This document shows positions 12,792 through 25,000 of a stretch of DNA of 64,000 nucleotides, piece after piece; position 1 is the first letter of the stretch, and every line of letters starts with the position of its first letter. A program made the position numbers and the translations under genes. A model generated the notes under the pieces. The model saw only the letters and a list, made by a program, of their open reading frames with translations, had not been told where the DNA came from and did not search any database. The stretch comes from Macrostomum lignano (Eukaryota): NCBI GenBank assembly GCA_002269645.1, contig NIVC01001293.1, forward strand, positions 248,001 to 312,000, read 5' to 3'.

Positions 12792-14800
12792 AGGGACTCC
12801 AGTGAGGTTACCGTAAAGCTGATAATTACACGAAAAATCGTAAAATAATGTTTTTTAAAAATGAAATTGCCATGCATAGAAAATGTTTATAGTAAAAACA
12901 AAATATACATGTTAAAGAAGAGTTTCTATTCTTTTTAATGAGATAAAGAAACAAAAAATATATACATTGTATGCCGAGTAATGTCCCACTGAACTTCGTC
13001 TTTTTTTTAATACACTCGTTTTGTTGCCAAAAAAAGTGACTTTCGAAAGTTCGTTTTTTTGTTGGAAAGCAATTATTTTAACAAAATATAACTATTTATT
13101 GATACAAAAAACTATATTTACAAACATTTTTTGACATTTTGAGAAGAAATTTTTTTTCTTTTCTATTTATTTAGACAGTATAAAAAAATTAAAGTTGAAT
13201 AAAAATCGTACCCGTATTTCCGAAGCTTAGTAAAACCCGGAAATGAATGCTACTCCGTAATATGATTACATTAAAAAAAACCGCACATGTCTATCTATAT
13301 CCGCCAAAAAGTTATTGAAGCCTGTTTTTTGCCTATCTCTTCAGTGTAAAATAGACGGATAAAACAGAAAATTTAAATTTTTTTCTAGCAGTAATTTCCG
13401 AAGACTATTCTTCTACTCCATTTAATAGAGGAACTTATAGGAATTCTTCACAGCACTTTTATATCTTTCCACATACATCCGCCGAGGAGCAGCAGCAATG
13501 TTTGCTTTTTAGTAGCGATACTACTTACATACTACTTATATAAAAAGTGGCTTATTATGGCTTTTCTTAACCAAAAAGAAGACGTTTTACCATTGCAAAT
13601 TAGTTTTGAAGGCAAAATAATACAAATAAATGTATGCTTTAGCTTATTGAGCTATAGCAATTGCAATCCCAATAAATGACCCCTTGAATGCACGTAACCT
13701 TGGTCTGCAATTCAAACTCCCATAAAAATAAACTGAATTTCATAAGAAATTGTGTTTATTCCATTTGTAAGTTTAATAAGCAACTTCACAATATACAATT
13801 TTAAGTACAATATATTTTTAAATACTTCTTTACACTTGTTTACAGAAATGTTCATCGGTAGGCCTAACTTTATTCACAATATACAATTTTACAATAAGGA
13901 TAGGCTCAATCAAAAAATATACAAGACAATAGTATCAACAATTATTTACCTATATGTTTTACAGTTAAAAAGCAAAGCAGACAATATACATTATGTGTGT
14001 AAAGACAATAAGCATTAAATATATGCTAACTTCAGTCTTCAGTTGCAGCTACTCAACAAGCAATAATATTGGAAAAAAAAGAACAAGAGCTTTTAAATAA
14101 ACCAAAGTACACAAAAAAACATTTTCATATGTTTTTCATTAAAAAAACAAATCAAACTTTATATATATTCATTAGTCTAAAAAATATAATCATTCAAAGT
14201 TGAAAAATGTGCAATTTTAAGATATGCTATCAAGTTCCAGTAGCAAAAAAGTCACAAAATTGGTGAATTTTTTAACCTTTGTCAATATATAGGAAAAAAT
14301 GGTATAAAAATATATACTTTTATATGTTGTGGAGTAAACAAATAAAAAAGATTTCAGAAAAAGCAATTAACTTTTAAATAATAGTCATTTGAAATTTTAA
14401 TTTTGCTCTATTTTTGATGTGCATTTTTCACTTTTTAAAAATTCAAATGCAAACCCCAAGAAAGATACATTAGAAAGAATAAAAACAATTTGTTAATCTT
14501 ATGTAGAACTGCTTGGTCTTTAAAATGATACCAGACTCAATATTGTATGTTGAATAGCAAAAAAGAAATGACAACAAAAAGTGAAAAATTTTGTTTTCGT
14601 ACATCTAATGGCAACAATCTATAATGTATTTTTCCTATCTAAAAAACGTAATTTTTTGGGCACAAAAAATGCTATAACTTTTTTATTACTCAACCAAATT
14701 TAATAAGTGAAGCCATTTTGTGATGCTGTTATTGTCCTCTATCAGATACATATCTGAAAATATATAAATTTTAAAGTTTCAAAATCTCACTGGAGTCCCT
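12792..14800. mobile_element. Non-autonomous TIR transposon with 9-bp TSD (Mutator-like)
   Basis: TIR AGGGACTCCAGTGAG / CTCACTGGAGTCCCT; ATTTATGGT at 12783-12791 and 14801-14809; very AT-rich, non-coding interior. Confidence 0.8.
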
Positions 14801-15529
14801 ATTTATGGTGTAAATACAATACAGATGCAAATATTAAATTCAAATTGGTACCTACTAAATTATATGGAATAATTCCATTTTAATAATTGCCAATAGGGCC
14901 TAGGCCTTATTTAATAATTTAAACTTTAGCTAAAAAACATTATTTATTATTAGATTTAATTAATGATGACCATTGACAGTCAGCTCTATTATGAGCTTCC
15001 TAATTGATAAAAAATAATTTTTAATTGGTAATAATGTGGCAAGATATAGCATAGTAGTCAGCTATAGTCTATAGATAATTTAACATGGCTTGGGTGTATT
15101 TTGTATATTGTGAATTTAATTTATTTTTAAAATATAAAAAGTTGAATTCTAATATTAAGCCAAATAGTTAATATTAAATCAGATTAGTACTAGCTAATTT
15201 AAACTCTTGATTTTATATCAGAATTTTTGGTATATTAGGTATAACTTATAAGTTCAATCAAATATTAATATAAATTTTTTTGTCAAAAAGAGTCATCTGG
15301 CTTCTATTTTACCATTAAAAATTCAGTTTTATACATAATTTAAAGTTTTTATACCTTTTTTGCAAGGTCAAAATTTAGCAAATATTAGAGATTTAGTATA
15401 TTGTGATAAATCATATTATATAACAATAAATGTTTTAAGTAATTTTAGTTCTACGAATGCTACTAGTTCTCAATTTTGTAATTTTCATATTTGCTTACTG
15501 CATTGATAGCTTGGATTGCTCATCCTGTT

Positions 15530-17446
15530 ATGCCTCATTGGTATTCCTCATATTGCCTTGTGTCCTGCTGCATTGTTGCCATATTATTCAACATTGGCCA
15601 ATCTTCTCAGTTATTAAATAATACCTCTGAAGCAGCTCTGAGTGCACTGCTAGCAATGCAATTGGAGCAGAGAACAGTAAAGAATGCTCTTCAACAGTGT
15701 TCAACTGCCCAAGCTGCTCAGCTGCCCAAGCTGAACTGTGCCTGGCTTGTACTCACAGGCAGTTATAAACCTTCGAACAGCAGCATTCGCTTCACTAGCC
15801 CAGTGGAATACCTGACATGCTTTGATCCAACTAGGCAGTTTTGCGAGTACCACCAGCCCGTCAGCAGGTACACAGCTAGGATGGACTGTCTGGGCTGTCC
15901 AGCCTGTCAGTTTAAAGGCTGCAACAGCGATTTGGCCGGCTGCCAACTGGCCTGCGTTTGCGACTGCGGTTCTGGCGACCTGGGAGTGATAGCTTGTCAC
16001 CAACTGTGCGATGGTGCCGCTCAGTGCCACAACTCGCTGGCGGATGAGGCTCTGGGTGAGCTGGGCTCTTCTAGCAATGCTGCTGATGAAAGTTCTCAAT
16101 GGAACTTTTGCAGCTCATGCATCTCCTTCCAGTCATGCTTTCCCCATTGTCCCAATCTCTTCTGGCCTCTTCTTCCCCCCCCCTTCTAACCTCCTCCCCT
16201 TATCTCCCTAGCCCTCCTCCCTCCCTTGCCCTCCTCCCTATCCCTTGCCCTCTTCCCCTCTCCCTTGCCCTCCTCCATCTCCCTTGCCCTCTTCCTCTCT
16301 CCCTTGACTTCCTCCCCTCTCCCTTGCCCTCCTCCCCTCTCCCTTGCCCTCTTCCCATCTCCCTTGCCCTCTTCCTCTCTCCCTTGACTTCCTCCCCTCT
16401 CCCTTGCCCTCTTCCCCTCTTCCTTGCCCTCTTCCCCTCCCTTGCCCTCTTCCCCCTCCCTTGCCCTCTTCCCCTCTCCCTTGCCCTCTTCCCCTCTCCC
16501 TTGCCCTCTTCCCCTCTCCCTTGCCCTCTTCCCCTCTCCCTTGCCCTCCTCCCTCTCCCTTGACTTCCTCCCCTCTCCCTTGCCCTCTTCCCGCTCCCTT
16601 GCCCTCCTTCCCTCGGCCCTCTCCCTTGCCCTCCTCCCCTCTCCTTTGCCCTCCTCCCCTCCTCTCCTCTCGGCTTCCTGCGGTTTCCCCATCAAACTTA
16701 TCAATGATCGCCAGTCCCTCACATAGGCGTAGGAACGGGGGGGGGGCAGTGGGGCTATGGCCCCCCACTTTTTACAATGGGGGCCAGTAATGGTATCTGG
16801 CCCCTCCACATTTTAAATGTAAAATGTAGACTTTTTGCTTATTTTTGGTTTTTGCTGCTTTGCATGAATGCATTTTGCTGCAGGGCGACAAAACATAGCG
16901 CCTGTGGCGCCAAAATGAGTGCCTGCGGCGCTAAAATGAGTGCCTGCGGCGCTAAAATGAGTGTCTGCGGCGCTAAAATGAGTGCCTGCAGCGCTTTATA
17001 AAATGAGTGCTGACAAGACAGATTCTGAAAATAATCGGTGCATGATGTGCATTTTCCATATAAAAAATCCAACTCGATGGGGGCGTGCGCCCTGTGTTTT
17101 TGAAACTTTCCTACGCCTATGATCCCTCACCTCTCTAGCACCCATCCTCATGGCCCTCCCTTCTGATCTCCTCAAACCGCTCCCAGACAACTGCAAGTTA
17201 GTCGTTCGCCAGCCAACAACGCCTGCAGCTCCGACTGGCCTCAGCGGCGCAGCTGCCGGGTTGACAGCCGCTGCGCTGACCCTCCTGGCCACGGCGGCCG
17301 CTGTCGGCCTGTTTCTCTTCTACAGACGTCGACAAGCGGCGGCCGGCGCTGGCAGGCGAGGCGCGTCGGTGGAATGGCGCCGACTGTCTACAGGGGGCGT
17401 CGGAGATGGGGGTGAGGCCAGCATCCCGCTGGGTGTGTCGGCTTGA
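15530..17446 (+). CDS. Cys-rich type I membrane protein with an LDLa-like module, 2 exons: 15530-16055, 17187-17446 (~261 aa)
   Basis: Hydrophobic N-terminal signal. G|GTGAG donor and CCCAG|AC acceptor join in phase 1 to give CDGAAQCHNSLADEALDNC (LDLa CDGxxxC..DE..C pattern). TM LTAAALTLLATAAAVGLFLFY followed by RRR. Confidence 0.75.
16185..16675. repeat. Polypyrimidine minisatellite (~20-21 bp, CCTCTCCCTTGCCCTCTTCC)
   Basis: Direct reading; intronic. Confidence 0.9.
16722..17121. mobile_element. hAT-like MITE with an internal 21-bp tandem repeat
   Basis: TIR CATAGGCGTAGGAA / TTCCTACGCCTATG; flanks GTCCCTCA / ATCCCTCA (7 of 8 match). Confidence 0.75.
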
Positions 17447-17499
17447 GGAAAAGTACTCTCTAACTTCCTTATGATCTGCTGAATAAATAATAGCTTGGC

Positions 17500-17845
17500 T
17501 ACTATGAGCTACTTATTAGCTACTTATCAGCTACTTATCAGCTACTTATTAACTACTCATTCGCTACTCATTAGCTACTTATTTGCTACTTATCAGCTAC
17601 TTATTAGCTACTTATTAACTACTCATTCGCTACTTATTAGGTTATCATTAGCTACTTATTAACTACTCATTAGCTTCTTATTAGGTACTCATTAGCTACT
17701 TATTAACTACTCATTAGCTACTTATTAGGTACTCATTAGCTACTTATTAACTACTCATTTGCTACTTATCAGCTACCTATTAGCTACTCAGCTACTTATT
17801 AACTACTCATTAGCTACTTATTAGCTACTCATTAGCTGCTTACTG
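17500..17845. repeat. 11-12 bp tandem repeat (GCTACTTATTA / ACTACTCATTA)
   Basis: Direct reading. Confidence 0.9.
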
Positions 17846-18480
17846 GTTAGTAATTTTTTGAATAATTGTTATAGAGAGGAAGCAATTATCGTTGAAAATA
17901 TCATTCGCTCAAGTTTTATTTATCATGTACGCAGCCATTTTAATGACATGATGTGTTTTTAGTGCTGTGCCAAATAAACTAACCATAATTTTCCTAAGTT
18001 TGCATGCATATTACTCCTTTACAGTAGTATATAATTATTGATAGCTCAGTATTTAGAGTTAAAAAATTTCCTACTTTTTGATAAACTAAACCGGATGATT
18101 ACCGTATTACTATAAGTAGTAATATGCAAAAATATTAGTAATTTTGACTTGTATTTTAAGTTATATTTATAAATATTATTTTTTTGTCTAGTCTCACTTT
18201 GTATCATTTTCAGTTGTGTATAGAGATTTCAGTTGCAGATCGATGCAATGAGGGCGCACTTTTCATTTCAATGCGTACTTTGCACACGTTAACAGCTGTT
18301 TTTTTCTAATTTCTAATAAAAATTGTACATTCCTTTTTGTAATTAGCTCGTAATTTAAATGCATCACTTCTGTTCTAATGAAGACTTACAACTGTATTTC
18401 CCAAGAAAATCATTGAAACCGCGAAAGTTGATTGCAGAGTTTCTTTTATCAATTTCATGACTCTTGGGTAATCGTATAAA

Positions 18481-18750
18481 GGGGGTTGTAGCCTCGTGGT
18501 TAGGGCGTCGGACCCACAACTTGAAGGTCGGGGGTTCGATTCTCGACCAAGTCGGAACACTTTGTGTCCTTGAGCAAGACACTTAACTCTGCATTGCTTC
18601 AGTTCACCCAGCTGTAAAATGGGTGCCAGCATTAGCTGGGGTTATTGAGGGTGTGTGTGGCGACCCCCCAGTCCTTGGACTGAACAGCCGTTCGCAGCCT
18701 TCAGATGCGCCGCGCAATAGCTGCGGCTGAGCTGTCGGTTGCACATCTGC
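18481..18750 (+). mobile_element. tRNA-derived CORE-SINE
   Basis: Pol III A box TAGCCTCGTGG and B box GGTTCGATTC, followed by CORE-like GTGTCCTTGAGCAAGACACTTAAC...CAGCTGTAAAATGGG. Confidence 0.85.
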
Positions 18751-18754
18751 CCAC

Positions 18755-19470
18755 TCACTGGATAATCACTCAAATATTCGCTGGATAATCACTCAAATAT
18801 TCACTGGATTATCTCTAAAATATTCGCTGGATAATCACTCAAATATTCACTGGATAATCACTCAAATATTTACTTGTTAATCACTCAAATATTCACTGGA
18901 TTATCTCTAAAATATTCGCTGGATAATCACTCAAATATTCACTGGATAATCACTCAAATATTCACTGGATAATCTAAAATATTCGCTGGATAATCACTCA
19001 AATATTCACTGGATAATCACTAAAATATTCACTGGATAATCACTCAAATATTCACTGGATTATCTCTAAAATATTCGCTGGATAATCACTCAAATATTCA
19101 CTGGATAATCACTCAAATATTCACTGGATAATCTAAAATATTCGCTGGATAATCACTCAAATATTCACTGGATAATCACTAAAATATTCACTGGATAATC
19201 ACTCAAATATTCACTGGATTATCTCTAATATATTCGCTGGATAATCACTCAAATATTCACTGGATAATCACTCAAATATTTACTTGTTAATCACTCAAAT
19301 ATTCACTGGATTATCTCTAAAATATTCGCTGGATAATCACTCAAATATTCACTGGATAATCACTCAAATATTTACTGGATAATCACTCAAATATTCACTG
19401 GATAATCATTCAAATATTCACTGGATAATCACTCAAATATTCACTGGATTATGTCTAAAATATTCGCTGG
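18755..19470. repeat. 23-bp minisatellite ATTCACTGGATAATCACTCAAAT at the SINE tail
   Basis: About 30 copies with recurring variants. Confidence 0.95.
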
Positions 19471-19719
19471 GATCACTTAAGTACGAAGTATCTACTGAAA
19501 AATCGCCTCAATATCGACTTAATGGTGTCCATCCAAGACTTTTCTTTTAGTATTTTCTTTCAAATCTCTTCTAAAAGTAGACTCAATTGCGTATAAAGTC
19601 TTTCTGTCATCTCTATGGTATTATTATACTTTACCCATAAGTGTTTTGCAAGACTAGTGATGCCTACAAAGATTACTAAGTTGCGCGAAGTTACCTCAGC
19701 TTCGCATGATAACAGAGAG

Positions 19720-20166
19720 ATGGACCAGCCCGACAACGAGGAGACTCAGTTCCAAAAGAGTTTACTCCGACATCGCTACAGCATGTCGTTCAGCTTGAAC
19801 CTGCTATCAACCGACATTACTATTAGAGAGCTCAAATTGATGGTGCTGGAGAAGCTGCAGATTCCCTTGCGAGATCAATTAATCTACAGGTGCACCAGCA
19901 ACGTGATCACGGACGGTGGCTCCTCCGCCGACCAGACTCAGTTCTCGCGGCCAGACGACTCGGTCAGTCTGCGCTATCTGGGCCTCGCATCTGGCGACCA
20001 TCTGCACCTGGTGGCGCTGAACCGCGGCACCCGCTACCTGCTCATCTTGCACTTCTGCCAGGAGTTCCGCTTTGCTGAACGGCGCCGACGGAACTGGAAC
20101 CAGCGGATGGTGCCTAGTAATGACATTGAGATTGGCGGCGGCTCCTCTGACGCGCAGTTGCAGTGA
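19720..20166 (+). CDS. ORF or terminal exon with a ubiquitin-like domain
   Basis: TDITIRELKLMVLEKLQIPLRDQLIY...DDSVSLRYLGLASGDHLHLV fits a beta-grasp Ubl pattern; GC-rich coding-like composition. The true start is uncertain. Confidence 0.55.
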   Translation: MDQPDNEETQFQKSLLRHRYSMSFSLNLLSTDITIRELKLMVLEKLQIPLRDQLIYRCTSNVITDGGSSADQTQFSRPDDSVSLRYLGLASGDHLHLVALNRGTRYLLILHFCQEFRFAERRRRNWNQRMVPSNDIEIGGGSSDAQLQ

Positions 20167-20439
20167 TGCTGAGACTTGTGCTGATATGAATGCACAGCCT
20201 TTCAATAGTTGTTAATTAAAACTTATATACACTCGTAATACGGTTAGTTTACTGAAGCTTATGCTGCTATGTTTTTATACTTTAACTAATGATTCGTTTC
20301 ATTTGAGTTCTGAGTTCTGAAGAGCTAGTTGAATGCTTACAGATTCACAAAATAGCCAGCGATAAAGACTAGGGGGGCGTAGCCCAGTGGCCCAGGTTCG
20401 ATTCCAATCGTAACGTAACATTACGGTATTGCAACCGTA

Positions 20440-20718
20440 AATATGGATACGCTTGCGAGTACAAGAGCCCCTCGGTGGGCCAAAAGAACGACAATTGGAA
20501 GAAGGTGTCGTTCAAGAGAGCCATCTACAACTCCGTGTACTGCCACGCTGACCTGCTGCAGGTGAAGAACGCAATGCACTGCGTGGCTGCTGGCCAGCTG
20601 CAGACACGTGCTGTACAACAGCAAGCTGAGAGCCTGCCGCCTGCTGCTGTTCACCGACGCTCAGGTGGAGGCGGAGATCGAGACGAGCGCCGACTGGGTC
20701 AAGTTCGGCCTGGTTTGA
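20440..20718 (+). pseudogene. Frameshifted small Cys-containing (PAN/apple-like) coding fragment
   Basis: One frame gives ...YCHADLLQVKNAMHC; the shifted frame gives CRHVLYNSKLRACRLLLFTD...WVKFGLV*, resembling the C..C...C...YN...C.L spacing of PAN domains. Confidence 0.35.
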
Positions 20719-22067
20719 TTGATCTTGCAGCACCATTGAACTGAAACTTAAAGCCGTCTAACTGTAGAAGTACATGCTTTTTGGAATATTAATAAGCTTT
20801 ACATGTAATGTTGCCCGTACAAGAGATTTTCTTTCGGGACAGCTTTTTAATTGTTTCGATCAGGCAAAGGCTGGAATGAAAAAATACTCTTCGAGAGTTC
20901 GCGGCAAAAAAAGCAGACTTGGTACAGAGGTCATGGCAATACTAGCGTGTAAAATGCGTGGCTCGGGCAGTGGCAGTTGCTTATTTTCTCACTAACCATC
21001 AAATGAGTCAGTGTTTAGCCTGAAATCCCACGGACTTAGATATCCCAAAAGTGGGTGTATTAAGTAAATCCATTTATACTTAACCCTAGTACTTGTCTCG
21101 GTGCGCCAAGGCTTCAAAGCCAGGTGCGTATAGCCACCGATCGTCAGGTGCCGCAGAGCTGATGAGTCGCTGTTGTTCACTTGTTCCTCGTGCACCCGTG
21201 GCTGTGGGTGATGGCAAGGAGCTCCTACAACTCCTGCATGTCTGCCGGCCGGTTGTCTTCACTCACACCGGCCTTCACGCGCTCAGCATTGGCAGATCTT
21301 TGTCTTCCAGAGCGTTCTTTGTCCTCCCTGCAATCTCGGCCTTATTGAATCTCCTGCACCCACTTCCTGACTAATCTGATTAGATGAGGCAGCTTCTCCG
21401 AGGAGGACCTTTATGAGCTCTTGGTGAATTTGTAAGCTACTTTCAATTCAGTAGTAAGTTAAAACAGAAGCATTTTAATGCATTTTTAAAGCCAAGGCTC
21501 TTTTATCGGCTCTTACCCGCAGCTTAAACCCTCCAACCGCCGCCTTTCCCCGCCCCGACCCAATTTTTATTGCCTTTCTTGGAATTCCAGCCTAACGCTG
21601 TTATGTACATTTCAGTGGACTGGCTAATGTACATTATTGCTGAACTAATTAGCAAGTTGTTTACGCCTGCAAGCTTGGGCTTCTAAACTTATCAAAGTCA
21701 TTTTATCTGCCTTTATTTTTATAAAATAGCTTATGGATTCTTCTTTGCTACTGAACTGAAAGTAGAAAGTGTATACACGGCATTACATTATTCCAAGTGC
21801 ATATTGAGCTTATGTACGTGAAAGGTGCACGTTTCTCTCGTATCGAACCCTTAGGTTTTGAGAACCCATTCGGGGCGCTCAAATAGCAAGGAACAAAATG
21901 CAAATCGATTAAAAAAGCTCATCTTCTTATGAAGCAATTCCTTCTTCAGTTTTATAGCTCGTAAATCACCTTATTCGAGTAAAATAGTCATTGACAAAGA
22001 TGCTTGCTTTGAATCTCTTTCTAAAAATAACAAAAAGACCTAACAAAATCAAGCCTTCACAAAGATA

Positions 22068-25000
22068 ACTGGCATCCCCCAGACAGCAAGCATCCCCCCC
22101 CCAAGACAGCAATCATCCCCCCCCCCCCCAGATAGCAAGCATCCCCAGACAGCAAGCATCCCCCAGACAGCAAGCATCCCCAGACAGCAAGCATCCCCCA
22201 GACAGCAAGCATCCCCCCGATAGCAAGCATCCCCCCCAGACAGCAAGCATCCCCCCCAGATAGCAAGCATCCCCCCAGATAGCAAGCATACCCCTCCCAG
22301 ATAGCAAGCATCCCCCCTCCCAGATAGCAAGCATCCCCCCCAGACAGCAAGCATCCCCCCAGATAGCAAGCATCCCCCCCCCCCAGATAGCAAGCATCCC
22401 CCCCCCCAGATAGCAAGCAACCCCCCAGATAGCAAGCATCCCCCCAGATACCAAGCATCCCCCCAGATACCAAGCATCCCCAGACAGCAAGCATCCCCCA
22501 GACAGCAAGCATCCCCCCATATAGCAAGCATCCCCCCCCAGATAGCAAGCATCCCCCCCCAGATAGCAAGCATCCCCCTCCCAGATAGCAAGCATCCCCC
22601 CCCCCCAGATAGCAAGCATCCCCCCTAGACAGCAAGCATCCCCAGACAGCAAGCATTCCCCTCCCCAGACAGCAACCATCCCCCCCCAGACAGCAAGCAT
22701 CCCCCCCCAGATAGCAAGCATCCCCCCCAGACAGCAAGCATCCCCCTCCCAGATAGCAAGCATCCCCCCTCTCAGATAGCAAGCATCCCCCCAGATAGCA
22801 AGCATCCCCCACCCAGACAGCAAGCATCCCCCCAGATAGCAAGCATCCCCCCCAGATAGCAAGCATCCCCCCCCCAGATAGCAAGCATCCCCCCCCCAGA
22901 TAGCAAGCATCCCCCCCCAGACAGCAAGCATCCCCCCAGACAGCAAGCATCCCCCAGACAGCAAGCATTCTCCTCCCCAGACAGCAACCATCCCCCCCAG
23001 ACAGCAAGCATCCCCCCCAGATAGCAAGCATCCCCCTCCCAGATAGCAAGCATCCCCCCCCCAGACAGCAAGCATCCCCCAGACAGCAAGCATCCCCCCC
23101 AGACAGCAAGCATCCCCCAGACAGCAAGTATCCCCAGACAGCAAGCATCCCCCCTCCCAGATAGCAAGCATCCCCCCCAGATAGCAAGCATCCCCCCCAG
23201 ATAGCAAGCATCCCCCAGATAGCAAGCATCCCCCACCCCCCAGACAGCAAGCATCCCCCAGACAGCAAGCATTCCCCCCCCAGACAGCAAGCATCCCCCC
23301 CCCCAGATAGCAAGCATCCCCCCCAGATAGCAAGCAACCCCCCAGACAGCAAGCATCCCCCCCAGATAGCAAGCATCCCCCCCCCCAGATAGCAAGCAAC
23401 CCCCCAGATAGCAAGCATCCCCCAGATACCAAGCATCCCCCCAGATAGCAAGCATCCCCCAGACAGCAAGCATCCCCCCCCAGATAGCAAGCATCCCCCC
23501 AGATAGAAAGCATCCCCAGACAGCAAGCATCCCCCAGACAGCAAGCATCCCCCCAGATAGCAAGCATCCCCCCCCCAGATAGCAAGCATCCCCTCCAGAC
23601 AGCAAGCATCCCCCCAGATAGCAAGCATCCCCCCAGATAGCAAGCATCCCCCCTCCCAGATAGCAAGCATCCCCCTCCCAGATAGCAAGCATCCCCCCCA
23701 GACAGCAAGCATCCCCCCCCCAGATAGCAAGCATCCCCCCAGATAGCAAGCAACCCCCAGATAGCCAGCATCCCCCCAGATACCAAGCATCCCCCCAGAT
23801 ACCAAGCATCCCCCCAGATACCAAGCATCCCCCCAGACAGCAAGCATCCCCCCAGAAAGCAAGCATCCCCCAGATAGCAAGCATCCCCAGACAGCAAGCA
23901 TCCCCCAGACAGCAAGCATCCCCCAGATAGCAAGCATCCCCCCCCAGATAGCAAGCATCCCCCAGATAGCAGGCATCCCCCCTCCCAGATAGCAAGCATC
24001 CCCCCCCAGATAGCAAGCATCCCCCCCCAGATAGCAAGCATCCCCCAGATAGCAAGCATCCCCCACCCCCCAGACAGCAAGCATCCCCCCCCCCAGATAG
24101 CAAGCATCCCTCCAGACAGCAAGCATCCCCCAGACAGCAAGCATCCCCCCCCCCAGATAGCAAGCATCCCCCCCAGATAGCAAGCAACCCCCAGATAGCA
24201 AGCATCCCCCCAGATACCAAGCATCACCCCAGATACCAAGCATCCCCCCAGACAGCAAGCATCCCCCCCCCCAGATAGCAAGCATCCCCCCAAATAGCAA
24301 GCATCCCCAGAAAGCAAGCATCCCCCAGACAGCAAGCATCCCCCCATATAGCAAGCATCCCCCCTCAGATAGCAAGCATCCCCCCCCCAGATAGCAAGCA
24401 TCCCCCTCCCAGATAGCAAGCATCCCCCCCCCCCAGATAGCAAGCATCCCCCCCCAGACAGCAAGCATCCCCCAGACAGCAAGCATTCCCCTCCCCAGAC
24501 AGCAACCATCCCCCCCCCAGACAGCAAGCATCCCCCCCAGATAGCAAGCATCCCCCCCAGATAGCAAGGATCCCCCCTCCCAGACAGCAAGCATCCCCCC
24601 TCTCAGATAGCAAGCATCCCCCCAGATAGCAAGCATCCCCCCCCCAGATAGCAAGCATCCCCCCAGATAGCAAGCATCCCCCCACCCCCAGACAGCAAGC
24701 ATCCCCCAGACAGCAAGCATTCCCCCCCCAGACAGCAAGCATCCCCCAGACAGCAAGCATCCCCCAGACAGCAAGCGTCCCCCAGACAGCAAGCATTCCC
24801 CCCCCCCCCCCAGACAGCAAGCATCCCCCCAGATAGCAAGCATCCCCCCCAGACAGCAAGCATCCCCCCAGACAGCAAGGATCCCCCCCCCCAGACAGCA
24901 AGCATCCCCCAGACAGCAAGCATCCCCCAGACAGCAAGCATCCCCCAGACAGCAAGCATCCCCCAGATAGCAAGCATCCCCCCCCCCAGATAGCAAGCAT

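Noticed and set aside
18755-19470. CRISPR-like appearance of the 23-46 bp arrays in the window
   Set aside because: Units are head-to-tail with no unique spacers, there are no cas genes, and the context is eukaryotic.
20371-20410. tRNA gene candidate (A box and B box)
   Set aside because: The boxes are almost adjacent, with no anticodon arm; at most a deleted SINE head.
21100-21420. Minus-strand WKTKICQC resembling a CCCH zinc-finger start
   Set aside because: An immediate stop follows and the rest of the motif cannot be recovered.
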